Shown here: positions 1 through 8,724 of the stretch, piece after piece | How positions within the stretch are numbered: position 1 is the stretch's first letter | How the letters are laid out: each line of letters starts with the position of its first letter | NCBI GenBank assembly: GCA_963704705.1 | Contig: OY969931.1 | Coordinates: forward strand, 1,050,001 to 1,082,000 | DNA from: an uncultured bacterium | GTDB taxonomy: Bacteria > Patescibacteriota > Gracilibacteria > UBA1369 > PNNO01 | Length of the DNA stretch: 32,000 nt | Direction: 5' to 3' | Program-made: the position numbers and the translations under genes | Notes under the pieces: generated by a model | The model's database searches: none | What the model was told of the DNA's origin: nothing | Seen by the model: only the letters and a program-made list of their open reading frames with translations

Positions 1-1614
1 AATGTATCCATCAATCGCCAAATCAACGAAATTAGATCCAAATTCGCCTTCGGCTATATAACTTTCAGCACCAGAATAACCTTCTCGTTTCTTGTTATAT
101 CTCCAAATTTGCTTTTCAGCACTATCAAGCAGATACATTCTTCCGTTATAGGAAGCAACTGCTACAGAACTATGGAATTGGCCGTCTTCTGTATCCATAA
201 ACTGAAATTGACCGTTTGAATAAGTAATAACTCTGCCTGATTTTGTTAAGAAAATAAGAGAATCATTATCATCATCCCAAGTACCATCAATAACTGCCTC
301 GTTATCATCAATAGTTAAAGGGTCTTCAATTTTATCGAGCAAAATTTCATATAATGCATTGTATTCATAAGCAAAAATACTGCCTGAATATGGAATTAAA
401 CCTAGTGCGCTAACATTATCGCGTTTAGTTGTTAAATCAGCTACAACTTTTGGATCAGTTACATAAGTTATATTATCAAGTTTGGTTTTTTCTTCCTGAA
501 TCAATCCTAAAAGCTCGCTTGCTTTACTTCTGTGGTATCCGGAATTTAATACATCAACAGCTTTTGATTCCGCATCTGTTAAAATATCGGAAGCTGCATC
601 TTTATTGCTTATTCCGCGAAGTGAAGCAGTGTTTATTTCTTCTTCCACTTGTGTCAAAACTTCATCAAGACGATCAATTTCACGTTGATTTGCAGTATTA
701 TTTTTTACAAACCAAATAACAGCTGTAAGTAAAATAATCACCACGATCAAAAGTGCCAAAATTTTATCTTTTGTCATCTGTCTGCTCGTCATTCCTTTTA
801 AAAGCGTATTCAAATAACGCATTGATTTGTCACTGATACCCTTAACAGCACCATGAACTCTGTTAGGTTTTGATTTAATTCTTTTTGCCAATGATGGTTT
901 TTCATCTTCAAGATATTCACGTACACCTTTTTTTTCATTGTCTGATAATTCACTTAATCCTTCATGAAATACCATTCCGATTAATCCAATTTTACTTAAT
1001 ATTTCAGGAGTAAGTGCATCTTTCAAATCACTTAAAGATTCAACCAAATCCTGAGGATTTAATGTATTTATAAAGTCAGACTTTGAAATATATCTCAATA
1101 AACGAGTTGTTGCCAAAACAACAAAATCGCCCGGTTCCAATGAACCGCTCGCAATATTACTGAATGTTTCTTCTGATTTTGAATTCGGATCTGATAGTCC
1201 TTCTGAAATAACAGAGCAATATCTTTTACGAACCAAATAAGCTTCTGCATCGCCTGTTTGAGACAAATGTAGTTCGTCACCAACAACAATGCCAATTATT
1301 ACATGAAGATTCCCAATAAATTTTGAGACAGTTTCTTCTTTAAATGCATTAATTTGAGAATTGACTTCTTTAAGCGCATCCTCAAACCTTTCGTAAGGGT
1401 CTTTTTCCAAATCCGAGAAAAATATCTTACGTGCCGAATCAAAAATTGTTTCAGCAATTACTTCTGCATCAGCAGGATTATTTTGAATTTCAACAGTAAC
1501 AAATAGTTGGCCGGCTGCTTCTTCGCCTTCTCCTAAATCGTAAGCATAGTTCTCGAGAAAGCTGCCTTCCTCCTTACCAACAAATAGAAATTCAAATTGA
1601 TTTCTGAGTTTCAT
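1..1614 (-). CDS. PP2C-like phosphatase-domain protein with a central transmembrane helix and C-terminal beta-propeller-like region (3' end outside window)
   Basis: Manual minus-strand translation from ATG at 1614 stays open to the window edge: MKLRNQFEFLFVGKEEGSFLENYAYDLGEGEEAAGQLFVTVEIQ...LHVIIGIVVGDELHLSQTGDAEAYLVRKRY...SGSLEPGDFVVLATTRLLRYIS (PP2C-like). A hydrophobic segment ILALLIVVVIILLTAVIWFV and propeller-like GRMYLLDSAEKQIWRY follow. Absent from the ORF track because it has no stop in the window. Confidence 0.75.
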   Translation of the reverse strand, partial: MKLRNQFEFLFVGKEEGSFLENYAYDLGEGEEAAGQLFVTVEIQNNPADAEVIAETIFDSARKIFFSDLEKDPYERFEDALKEVNSQINAFKEETVSKFIGNLHVIIGIVVGDELHLSQTGDAEAYLVRKRYCSVISEGLSDPNSKSEETFSNIASGSLEPGDFVVLATTRLLRYISKSDFINTLNPQDLVESLSDLKDALTPEILSKIGLIGMVFHEGLSELSDNEKKGVREYLEDEKPSLAKRIKSKPNRVHGAVKGISDKSMRYLNTLLKGMTSRQMTKDKILALLIVVIILLTAVIWFVKNNTANQREIDRLDEVLTQVEEEINTASLRGISNKDAASDILTDAESKAVDVLNSGYHRSKASELLGLIQEEKTKLDNITYVTDPKVVADLTTKRDNVSALGLIPYSGSIFAYEYNALYEILLDKIEDPLTIDDNEAVIDGTWDDDNDSLIFLTKSGRVITYSNGQFQFMDTEDGQFHSSVAVASYNGRMYLLDSAEKQIWRYNKKREGYSGAESYIAEGEFGSNFVDLAIDGYI

Positions 1615-1843
1615 TTTAAAATGATTAGACGTCTATCTAAATGTTCTTGTCAAATTTACCGCAAATTACTCTTAAGTTCAAGAAAATGTTTTTATTTTGG
1701 TACTTTTCATAAATAGATTATTCAGTAGCATGTATTGTTCTTAAAATTTTACTTATACATTCCTTTAAATGATCTCTTCTATTATAACAACTATTAATTT
1801 CTCTTTTATAAAAATCTCGTTCTTGTTTAACTGACTTGCTTTC

Positions 1844-2389
1844 TTATAAAATTTTACGTTTCTTCTTTTCTAAATCATTTGATTTTCTATGAATTTTATC
1901 TTCCATTGAATGTAATTCACTTTTAGCATTAAATATTGAAACAATTCCGAGAATCATAGGGATTGCAGCTATAACAAATGCTAATATTACAGCTCTTCTG
2001 GATTTTTTTTCTTCTTTTATTGTACGATTGAATACATCAATGGCTGCATATCTGTAACATTCAGCCATCATTTCAGGAACAAATTCGGATTCACTGCTTA
2101 TATTTTTCAGTTGTTCTATTGCCTGTATTACGTTAGGGTCCTTTTTTATTTTTTCCAATAGACCTTTACTTTTCAAAACACTAATCAGCTCATTTATTGA
2201 AGTTATTGTCTGGCCTCTTAATTCTCCTAATATTGTCATTAAGTTTGTTGCAGCCATTATTGTTTGTTCATCTAAATAATTAACAGAAAGGACATCTAAA
2301 AACATATCTTGCTGATCAGAATCGCCTGGAAAAATATATTTTTTATCCATTCTTTCTCTTGCAGGAATAATTTTGGGTTTTTCTGACAT
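1844..2389 (-). CDS. hypothetical membrane protein with C-terminal TM segment and coiled-coil tail
   Basis: 181 aa ORF with hydrophobic segment AVILAFVIAAIPMILGIVSIF followed by a charged helix. Oriented with the adjacent PP2C-like gene. Confidence 0.6.
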   Translation of the reverse strand: MSEKPKIIPARERMDKKYIFPGDSDQQDMFLDVLSVNYLDEQTIMAATNLMTILGELRGQTITSINELISVLKSKGLLEKIKKDPNVIQAIEQLKNISSESEFVPEMMAECYRYAAIDVFNRTIKEEKKSRRAVILAFVIAAIPMILGIVSIFNAKSELHSMEDKIHRKSNDLEKKKRKIL

Positions 2390-2455
2390 AGTAATAAATA
2401 AGGGATTGTATTATAAATACCCTCAGCCTTTTGTCAACTGTTTTTAATTAATTAA

Positions 2456-2485
2456 TTGACTTTCATATGCTTTTTCAAGTATCAT
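2456..2485 (+). promoter_or_regulatory. putative sigma70-like promoter upstream of rpmH
   Basis: TTGACT (2456-2461), 18 nt spacer, TATCAT (2480-2485), located 26 nt before the rpmH ATG. Confidence 0.4.
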
Positions 2486-2511
2486 CATCGGGCTAAATTA
2501 AGTATTGAACA

Positions 2512-2655
2512 ATGCTAGCAAAACTTAAAAAGAAAAAAAGGGTTAGAAAACATGGGTTTCTAACAAGAATGAGCACTAAAGATGGTCGCAAGGTGCTTAA
2601 TGCCCGAAGAAGAAAAGGCAGAAAACAGCTTACTGTTGTAAAGAAGCTGAAATAA
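2512..2655 (+). CDS. rpmH: 50S ribosomal protein L34
   Basis: Manual translation [47 protein letters not shown] (47 aa) with the L34 motif and classic rpmH-rnpA-yidC synteny. Missing from the ORF track because of its short length. Confidence 0.95.
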   Translation: MLAKLKKKKRVRKHGFLTRMSTKDGRKVLNARRRKGRKQLTVVKKLK

Positions 2656-2663
2656 TTTTAAAT

Positions 2664-3017
2664 ATGATCGCTCGTAAATATCGCCTATCCAGGTGGAAGG
2701 TTAAAAAGCTTTTAAGCCAGCCTGAGAGCAATAAGATCGGGTATTTTATTGTTAAAAAATTTCCAAATAAATTCAAATATAACAGATGGGCGCTTACTTT
2801 GAGCAGGAAATTTGCCAAAAGAGCTGTTGATAGAGTCAGAAAAAGACGCCAGATTTATGAATCGATAAGAAATATTCAAAAAGAACAGTCTTTTAATGAT
2901 GAAAAAACACACTACGATATTGCGTTAATACCATTAAAGCAAATTCTTACTTGCAATTATGACAAAATTCTTCAGAATGTTAACGATATATTCACATATT
3001 TAAATAACTTAAAATAA
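2664..3017 (+). CDS. rnpA: ribonuclease P protein component
   Basis: 117 aa basic protein with RnpA-like NRWALTLSRKFAKRAVDRVRKRRQIYESIR, between rpmH and yidC. Confidence 0.9.
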   Translation: MIARKYRLSRWKVKKLLSQPESNKIGYFIVKKFPNKFKYNRWALTLSRKFAKRAVDRVRKRRQIYESIRNIQKEQSFNDEKTHYDIALIPLKQILTCNYDKILQNVNDIFTYLNNLK

Positions 3018-4282
3018 TGAAACGACAATTCTTATTATTCGGGATCTTTTTTATTGCATTACTATTTATTTTCAGAGGTTGCAGCGGTAATACCAGCCTT
3101 GATGCGAGCCTTGCAAATAATAATCTTGGTATAGCGGTTTTGAATTCAGAGTATAAAATGGATGATCTTGTAACTGTTCAGCTTAAAAATAATACAAATC
3201 AGCCAATTGAGATTCACAATGACTGCCCTGGCGAACCATTGGATGTATTTAAATATCTAAATGGGGAATGGACTCAATTGGAAGTAAGCCCAAAAGTGGA
3301 TTGTGTATCAACAGATCCTTATGTTATTCAACCGGATGGAGAATTGAAACTTGATTATCAATCATATAACCATGCTTTATTTGGCGATATAGGAAGATAT
3401 AAAATTAGTGTAACTACTGAAATTGGCGGAGAAATGCAAACTTTTGAATCAAATGAATTTACTGTTAAAGAAAAGGGCGCATGGGGATATTTATGGGGAA
3501 CATTCTTTTATCAACCAATTTATAATTCACTTATATATATAATAAGTGTTGTGCCTGGTTACAATCTTGGTTTGGCAATTATTTTGCTTACTGTACTTCT
3601 ACGTTTGATACTTTTTATTCCTTCGCAAAGAGGACTTGAATCACAGAGAAAATTACAGGAATTACAGCCGAGAATTAAAAACCTTCAGGAAAAACACAAA
3701 GATGATCAGCAAAAAATCGCTCAAGAAACTTTTGCATTATATAAAGAGTATAAAGTTAATCCTTTTGGAAGCTGTTTGCCTTTATTAATACAGCTGCCAA
3801 TTTTGATTGCTTTGTTCTATGTAATTAAAACCGGATTAAACCCGGATAATATTCATTTATTATATGCTCCTTTGCAGGGATTTGATCTGTCGCTTATCAA
3901 TACCAATTTCTTGGGATTGCTCGATTTAAAGCAAAGAGAAATATTTGTGTTGCCTTTAATTGTTGCTGCTCTTCAGTTCTTTCAAATGAAATTATCATTA
4001 GCTAAGAATAAGAAAAAGACACCTGACACACAGGAAAAATCTAAGAAATTAGACAAGAAATCACCGCAGGCAGGAAAAGAAATGCAAATGGCATCTGAAA
4101 TGATGGTTTATGTACTACCTATTATGATTGCTTTATTCACTGCATCTGTACCTTCGGGTGTAGGTATATATTGGGGAACCTCAACAACGTTTGGAATAGC
4201 GCAACAGCTTTATGTAAATAAAAAAATAGGCAGTAAAAAAAGGAAAAAAGAAGCTGAGGTAAGAGTGATAGAAAAAAGTTAA
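3017..4282 (+). CDS. yidC: membrane protein insertase YidC/Oxa1 family
   Basis: Oxa1 signatures FYQPIYNSLIYIISVVPGYNLGLAIILLTVLLRLILFIPSQRG, GSCLPLLIQLPILIALFYVIKTGL and PSGVGIYWGTSTTFGIAQQ. Start codon overlaps the rnpA stop (TAATG). Confidence 0.95.
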   Translation: MKRQFLLFGIFFIALLFIFRGCSGNTSLDASLANNNLGIAVLNSEYKMDDLVTVQLKNNTNQPIEIHNDCPGEPLDVFKYLNGEWTQLEVSPKVDCVSTDPYVIQPDGELKLDYQSYNHALFGDIGRYKISVTTEIGGEMQTFESNEFTVKEKGAWGYLWGTFFYQPIYNSLIYIISVVPGYNLGLAIILLTVLLRLILFIPSQRGLESQRKLQELQPRIKNLQEKHKDDQQKIAQETFALYKEYKVNPFGSCLPLLIQLPILIALFYVIKTGLNPDNIHLLYAPLQGFDLSLINTNFLGLLDLKQREIFVLPLIVAALQFFQMKLSLAKNKKKTPDTQEKSKKLDKKSPQAGKEMQMASEMMVYVLPIMIALFTASVPSGVGIYWGTSTTFGIAQQLYVNKKIGSKKRKKEAEVRVIEKS

Positions 4283-4342
4283 ATTATAAGCTATAATCCT
4301 TTTGATAAGTAAACATATTATTATCATTAATATATATAAAAA

Positions 4343-4813
4343 ATGGATATCGAATCAGTACTTAAAGAAACTCTGGAAGATCTTTTAATAAAACTCGAAT
4401 CACCGTTTGAAAATGTTAATATCGAGAAAGAAAAACAAAACGACGCAGACCTGTACAGAATAAATATCGAAACAGAAGATCCTAGCATGTTAATAGGTTT
4501 CCACGGAGAAACTATTCATGCATTACAACATTTATTAAAAGTGTTGGCTTGGGAAAAAACCAAAGCCGAATACAATATTTTGGTTGATGTTGATAGTTAC
4601 AGACAAAGACAGGAAGAAAATGTATTAACTTTGGCGAAAAGAAAGGTTGAAATGGCGCGAAAAACCCGTAAAACACAGGTATTGCCGCCAATGTCAGCTT
4701 ACTTCAGAAGAGTTGTGCATTTATTTTTGAATACGGACGAATTTAAAGATATTACAACTGAAAGTATTGGTGAATCAGATCACCGGCAGGTGACAATTAT
4801 CTATAAAGGTTGA
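4343..4813 (+). CDS. khpB: Jag/KhpB family KH-R3H RNA-binding protein
   Basis: KH motif DPSMLIGFHGETIHALQHLLKVLAW and R3H-like C-terminus (LPPMSAYFRRVVHLFL...ESIGESDHRQVTI). Located after yidC. No clear N-terminal Jag_N domain. Confidence 0.9.
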   Translation: MDIESVLKETLEDLLIKLESPFENVNIEKEKQNDADLYRINIETEDPSMLIGFHGETIHALQHLLKVLAWEKTKAEYNILVDVDSYRQRQEENVLTLAKRKVEMARKTRKTQVLPPMSAYFRRVVHLFLNTDEFKDITTESIGESDHRQVTIIYKG

Positions 4814-4817
4814 TCCA

Positions 4818-5813
4818 ATGAAATCCAAACTTTTATCAATTTTCGTTGGTCTGATGGTATTATTTGTTCCGATAACAGATGTTTTTGCACAGGAAGAACC
4901 AGCAACTGATGCAGAACCTGTTGTGACTGCTGTTTTTACTGATGTTGATTTGGGGCATCCGGAATATGTGGCATTGAAATACCTAAAAGAGCAGGGGATA
5001 ATTAGCGGATATGCTGATGGAAGCTTTAAACCGGACAATTATGTTAATCGTGTTGAAGCATTAAAAATGATACTTGAAGCAAATAAATTAATAAATCAGG
5101 CATATATTACAGCAAACAGTTTGGGTGGTGAAGATTTCAAAACAAATATTGATATTGTTCAATTTAATGACATCTTTAAGGCGCAATGGTATTTTCCATA
5201 CTTAAAAAAAGCAGTTGAAATGGGAATTGTAAGGGGTTATGAAGATGGCTCTTTTAAACCGACAAAAATAGTTAACCGTGCTGAAAGTTTTAAAATAATT
5301 ATGGAAAGTGATGGAATTGATTTCGGTGAAGTACTTGAAAATCCATTTGCGGATGTTTCTATGAATGATTGGTTCGCAAAATACTTTAATGAAGCAAAAA
5401 TAAGACAAATTGTTTATTATACAATGAGTAATACAGTTAATCCCGGACGTGAATTAACACGTTCAAAATTTGCTGAGCTGGTTTACAGATATTTAAAAAG
5501 CAAAGAAGGTTCAATGTTTGGAAAAGGTTCATATTATTCAGATTCTTTGGCAGGTAACGGCACTTCTTCCGGTGAACCTTATACGCCTTCCGAGCTTACA
5601 GCAGCGCATAGAACACTACCATTCGGAACAATCGTTAAAGTTACAAATCTGGAAAACGGTAATAGTGTAAATGTTAAAATTAATGATCGCGGACCTTATA
5701 TTACCGGCCGTGTTATTGATCTTTCGCGTGCAGCATTTGAAACAATCGCTTACCCTGGCGAAGGCGTTATTTATGTACAATATGAAATAATCGATCCAGT
5801 TCAAAATGGTTGA
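4818..5813 (+). CDS. secreted surface protein: three SLH domains plus C-terminal RlpA-like double-psi beta-barrel
   Basis: Signal peptide MKSKLLSIFVGLMVLFVPITDVFAQ. SLH-type repeats FTDVDLGHPEYVALKYLKEQGIISGYADGSFKPDNYVNRVEAL and FNDIFKAQWYFPYLKKAVEMGIVRGYEDGSFKP. RlpA-like AAHRTLPFGTIVKVTNLENGNSVNVKINDRGPYITGRVIDLS. Confidence 0.9.
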   Translation: MKSKLLSIFVGLMVLFVPITDVFAQEEPATDAEPVVTAVFTDVDLGHPEYVALKYLKEQGIISGYADGSFKPDNYVNRVEALKMILEANKLINQAYITANSLGGEDFKTNIDIVQFNDIFKAQWYFPYLKKAVEMGIVRGYEDGSFKPTKIVNRAESFKIIMESDGIDFGEVLENPFADVSMNDWFAKYFNEAKIRQIVYYTMSNTVNPGRELTRSKFAELVYRYLKSKEGSMFGKGSYYSDSLAGNGTSSGEPYTPSELTAAHRTLPFGTIVKVTNLENGNSVNVKINDRGPYITGRVIDLSRAAFETIAYPGEGVIYVQYEIIDPVQNG

Positions 5814-6141
5814 AGATATTATAAGAAAAAAATACGGTTCAACAGTAATAAGAAAGCGTACTCCCCTTTCACAGGAAGTACGTAAAGCTATTGTTACGCT
5901 TTTATTCGTGCTTATTTTAATCACAGTGGCCCTAAGTATAGTTTTTCTTTTAAACACTTCCAATTCAGCTCAAAAAGGATATATACACTCTCAATTAATC
6001 CTTAAAAATGAAGAGCTGGATAACCTCAATAAAGAGCTAAAAATGAAAGTTATGGAAGCCAAATCAATTGTTAATCTTGAACAAAGCGATAAAGTTGATG
6101 AAATGACTGAACCGGAAAGCAAACCAATGTTAATAGAATAA
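5806..6141 (+). CDS. small single-pass membrane protein, FtsL/FtsB-like
   Basis: One TM segment (AIVTLLFVLILITVALSIVFLL) followed by a coiled coil (LILKNEELDNLNKELKMKVMEAKSIVNLEQ). Overlaps the upstream gene by 8 bp. Family assignment rests on topology only. Confidence 0.6.
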   Translation: MVEDIIRKKYGSTVIRKRTPLSQEVRKAIVTLLFVLILITVALSIVFLLNTSNSAQKGYIHSQLILKNEELDNLNKELKMKVMEAKSIVNLEQSDKVDEMTEPESKPMLIE

Positions 6142-6199
6142 AATCTCTTTGACTTTCAGATTTGATTATATATACTTGTTTTTGCAATTTAAAAATTCA

Positions 6200-6274
6200 G
6201 GTCCCATCGTCTAGTGGTTAGGACATCAGGTTTTCATCCTGGAAACAGGGGTTCAATTCCCCTTGGGACTGCCA
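6200..6274 (+). tRNA. tRNA-Glu (anticodon TTC), CCA encoded
   Basis: GGTCCCATCGTCTAGTGGTTAGGACATCAGGTTTTCATCCTGGAAACAGGGGTTCAATTCCCCTTGGGACTGCCA folds as a cloverleaf. Anticodon stem TCAGG/CCTGG encloses loop TTTTCAT; T arm AGGGG-TTCAATT-CCCCT. Confidence 0.95.
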
Positions 6275-6276
6275 AC

Positions 6277-6570
6277 TTATTTATCATCACCTTCTATTCC
6301 TTCTTCTTCTGCTTCAACAACTTTGTTTACTTTTCGCGTTGCTGCCTCTAGCATTGCTTTTTTTATACCTTTTTCATTACTCCCAAGTGAAGTTGATTGA
6401 GGTGTAAATCTAGATTCTTTTGCTTCTGATTTATCATCTTCAGCTTCAAGAATTTCAGCAGGCTCAGCAGCCTCCTCACTGCCTTCAGGGTTTTCATTTT
6501 GGCCCTCACGTGATCTTTTAAAAAGTTCATGTAAATCTTCAACAGTTCGATGTTTAGGTGTTTCAGACAT
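6277..6570 (-). CDS. hypothetical acidic protein
   Basis: 97 aa ORF, low-complexity acidic composition, ends 2 nt from the tRNA-Glu CCA on the opposite strand. Confidence 0.5.
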   Translation of the reverse strand: MSETPKHRTVEDLHELFKRSREGQNENPEGSEEAAEPAEILEAEDDKSEAKESRFTPQSTSLGSNEKGIKKAMLEAATRKVNKVVEAEEEGIEGDDK

Positions 6571-6642
6571 GATTTAATAATTAAAGATAAGGCATAACTT
6601 TAATTAAATTTACGATTTATGTCAAATTGATATGAAAAATAT

Positions 6643-7545
6643 TTATTTTGTCTTTTTATAAATAAGAAAATTAAAAGGACCAAGCAGAGTGCTAAATGGA
6701 ACTTCTGTTAAAACAGCCATTAAAATTATGGCTGGAGGAAGAAATTCATGAGCCAATACAATAATTAATGCTGAATTAATATAAGTTTTTGAGATTGATA
6801 GCGAAATTCTTTCCTTTTTATCTTTCCAAAAAGGTAAAAAGTAACCGATTGCCTGCATTAAAATAAATAAAGCATATACCCATGCCAAATATTTTAATGA
6901 AAGTATCGGATTTTCTAAAATTAATTCTGATTGTTGACCAACAACAATGTAAATCATTATTGCTATTAATATAATTGTTGCTGCTTTATAATATTTTTTT
7001 GTTTTTTCAATTAAATTACCTGCAAATTGTTTTGTTATTGATGAAAGAATAAAAGGAATAAAAATAAATGCTATCAAAGTTTTAAACATTTCGAACAAAT
7101 CCAATTCAACTCTGAATGAAGTAAACATCCAAAAAAGAGAAACCAGAGTAAACGGAACCAAAAAATGCGTTAAAACAGTAAAAATTAATGTCAAAGCGCT
7201 ATTTCCCTTAACAATTTTAGTTAATGCAGGCGCAGCAACGCCTGTTGGAGCAGCTGCAATAAACATTAATCCCGCAGCAAGTGTTTTATCGTGAAATCCA
7301 ACAATCAAATAAATTAATACCGGAATTATTAATAAATAAAGTGCTAAAAATCCAATAATTGTTACCGGATGCTTAAAATGGCTTAAAGCATGTTTTGTTT
7401 TTATACTTAAAAAAGAAAAATAAAGTACCAAAATCAAACACGGAACAACCAAAAGCTGTAAAAAATGGCTGGCGCTAGGTAAAAACAATCCTAATACAAA
7501 AGCTACAACAAATAGTAATCCAAAGAATCTCTCAATGTTTTTCAT
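6643..7545 (-). CDS. bile acid:sodium symporter (BASS/SBF) family transporter
   Basis: About 9-10 TM segments. BASS-like core FIAAAPTGVAAPALTKIVKGNSALTLIFTVLTHFLVPFTL and a second half ISKTYINSALIIVLAHEFLPPAII. Confidence 0.75.
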   Translation of the reverse strand: MKNIERFFGLLFVVAFVLGLFLPSASHFLQLLVVPCLILVLYFSFLSIKTKHALSHFKHPVTIIGFLALYLLIIPVLIYLIVGFHDKTLAAGLMFIAAAPTGVAAPALTKIVKGNSALTLIFTVLTHFLVPFTLVSLFWMFTSFRVELDLFEMFKTLIAFIFIPFILSSITKQFAGNLIEKTKKYYKAATIILIAIMIYIVVGQQSELILENPILSLKYLAWVYALFILMQAIGYFLPFWKDKKERISLSISKTYINSALIIVLAHEFLPPAIILMAVLTEVPFSTLLGPFNFLIYKKTK

Positions 7546-7591
7546 AATAATTATGCTTTTGATATAATATTTTTATCTAACCTACTCTACT

Positions 7592-8038
7592 ATGAAAATT
7601 TTTCTTGTACAACACGGAAATCAAAATCCTGAAGAAGTTGATCCAAAAGAAGGTTTATCTGACAAAGGTGTATCTGACTGCGAACAAGTTGCTCAATTTG
7701 CTGCAAAATCAGACGTTAAAGTCAGCAAAATCTATCACAGTGTAAAATTGCGGGCAAAACAAACAGCTGAAATCTTCTCAAAACATTTAGGTGGCAAACT
7801 TAGCGAAATAGAAGGCCTAAAACCAATGGATGAGGTTGAATCATGGGCAGAAAAACTCGAAGACGGATTGATGCTGGTAGGCCATCTCCCATTTATGCAA
7901 AAGTTTTCAGCACTGCTTTTATGCGGAAATACTGGAAAAAAGTGCATAAATTTTCATCAGGCCGGAATTGTATGTCTGGTTCAAAATGAAGAAGGAGGCT
8001 GGAGTGTGGATTTTATGATCACTCCGGAAATATTATAA
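7592..8038 (+). CDS. SixA-like histidine phosphatase family protein
   Basis: MKIFLVQHGNQNPEEVDPKEGLSDKGVSDCEQVAQFA...VSKIYHSVKLRAKQTAEIFSKHL...LMLVGHLPFMQKFSALLL, typical SixA-like layout. Confidence 0.85.
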   Translation: MKIFLVQHGNQNPEEVDPKEGLSDKGVSDCEQVAQFAAKSDVKVSKIYHSVKLRAKQTAEIFSKHLGGKLSEIEGLKPMDEVESWAEKLEDGLMLVGHLPFMQKFSALLLCGNTGKKCINFHQAGIVCLVQNEEGGWSVDFMITPEIL

Positions 8039-8227
8039 ATTTAAACTACAGCCAGTTAAAAACATTTATTCATTCTTGAAATAATGGAAAGTAATACACA
8101 CAGATAAATATATTAACGCGCTTTGATTTAAAAATTGCATTAAATAACTTTTGCTCTTGTTGGATATAAAAAGTTTTTCTTTTTAATTGTGAATCGAGGT
8201 TAAATAACACCCGATTTATATCACGAT

Positions 8228-8644
8228 TTAGTTTTTAAGTGTTCTTTCGATTCTTTTTCTAACCGGTTCAAAAGAAAATGCCTGATGATTTGAGCTTCTT
8301 AATTCTCTAAAATAATTTTCAACTTCAATTTGAGTTGTAAATTTAATATCGTTAATTTGATCAGCTGATGTTTTAACTGTATAACCGCCTGCAAAATCAA
8401 TAATAACATTACCAAATTCAATCATAACTTCAACAACAAAACCTGTAAGTTCTTCTCCTTTTGCTTTTACTGTAATGCACTTATGTAAAATCGCATTATT
8501 AAGCCTTTTTTCAGCTGCAAATGATTTTGAAGGATCGGTTTTACTATCAATGCCTCGAATAATATCCATAATATCCGACGAATTCTCTTGAAGGGAATCA
8601 TCTGAATTGATTGATGTGTCGCATGATGTTCTCATTTCTAACAT
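8228..8644 (-). CDS. hypothetical protein
   Basis: 138 aa ORF with non-biased composition in an otherwise uncovered interval. Confidence 0.5.
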   Translation of the reverse strand: MLEMRTSCDTSINSDDSLQENSSDIMDIIRGIDSKTDPSKSFAAEKRLNNAILHKCITVKAKGEELTGFVVEVMIEFGNVIIDFAGGYTVKTSADQINDIKFTTQIEVENYFRELRSSNHQAFSFEPVRKRIERTLKN

Positions 8645-8724
8645 ATTAAAAGATTAATTATAAATGGTGGGTAAATCTATAATTAATAAGTATAAAAGTC
8701 AAGAAGTTAACTGCTTCCGCATAA

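Noticed and set aside
429-719. ORF 429..719 (+) and ORF 1095..1295 (-)
   Set aside because: Both lie in wrong frames of the long PP2C-like minus-strand CDS that spans 1-1614.
2630-2912. Minus-strand ORFs 2630..2818 and 2712..2912
   Set aside because: Antisense to rnpA, which has clear family and synteny support.
4811-5813. UGA recoding (Gly code 25) as in some related candidate phyla
   Set aside because: UGA terminates khpB and the SLH-RlpA gene exactly where the next genes begin, so UGA acts as a normal stop here.
4775-5963. Minus-strand ORFs 4775..5038, 5202..5408, 5616..5963
   Set aside because: Antisense shadows of the SLH-RlpA and FtsL-like genes, with no recognisable motifs.
7592-8038. 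QHG instead of RHG in the SixA-like phosphatase as evidence of inactivity
   Set aside because: VQHG-type N-termini are familiar in SixA-like proteins, so this is not a strong sign of loss of function.
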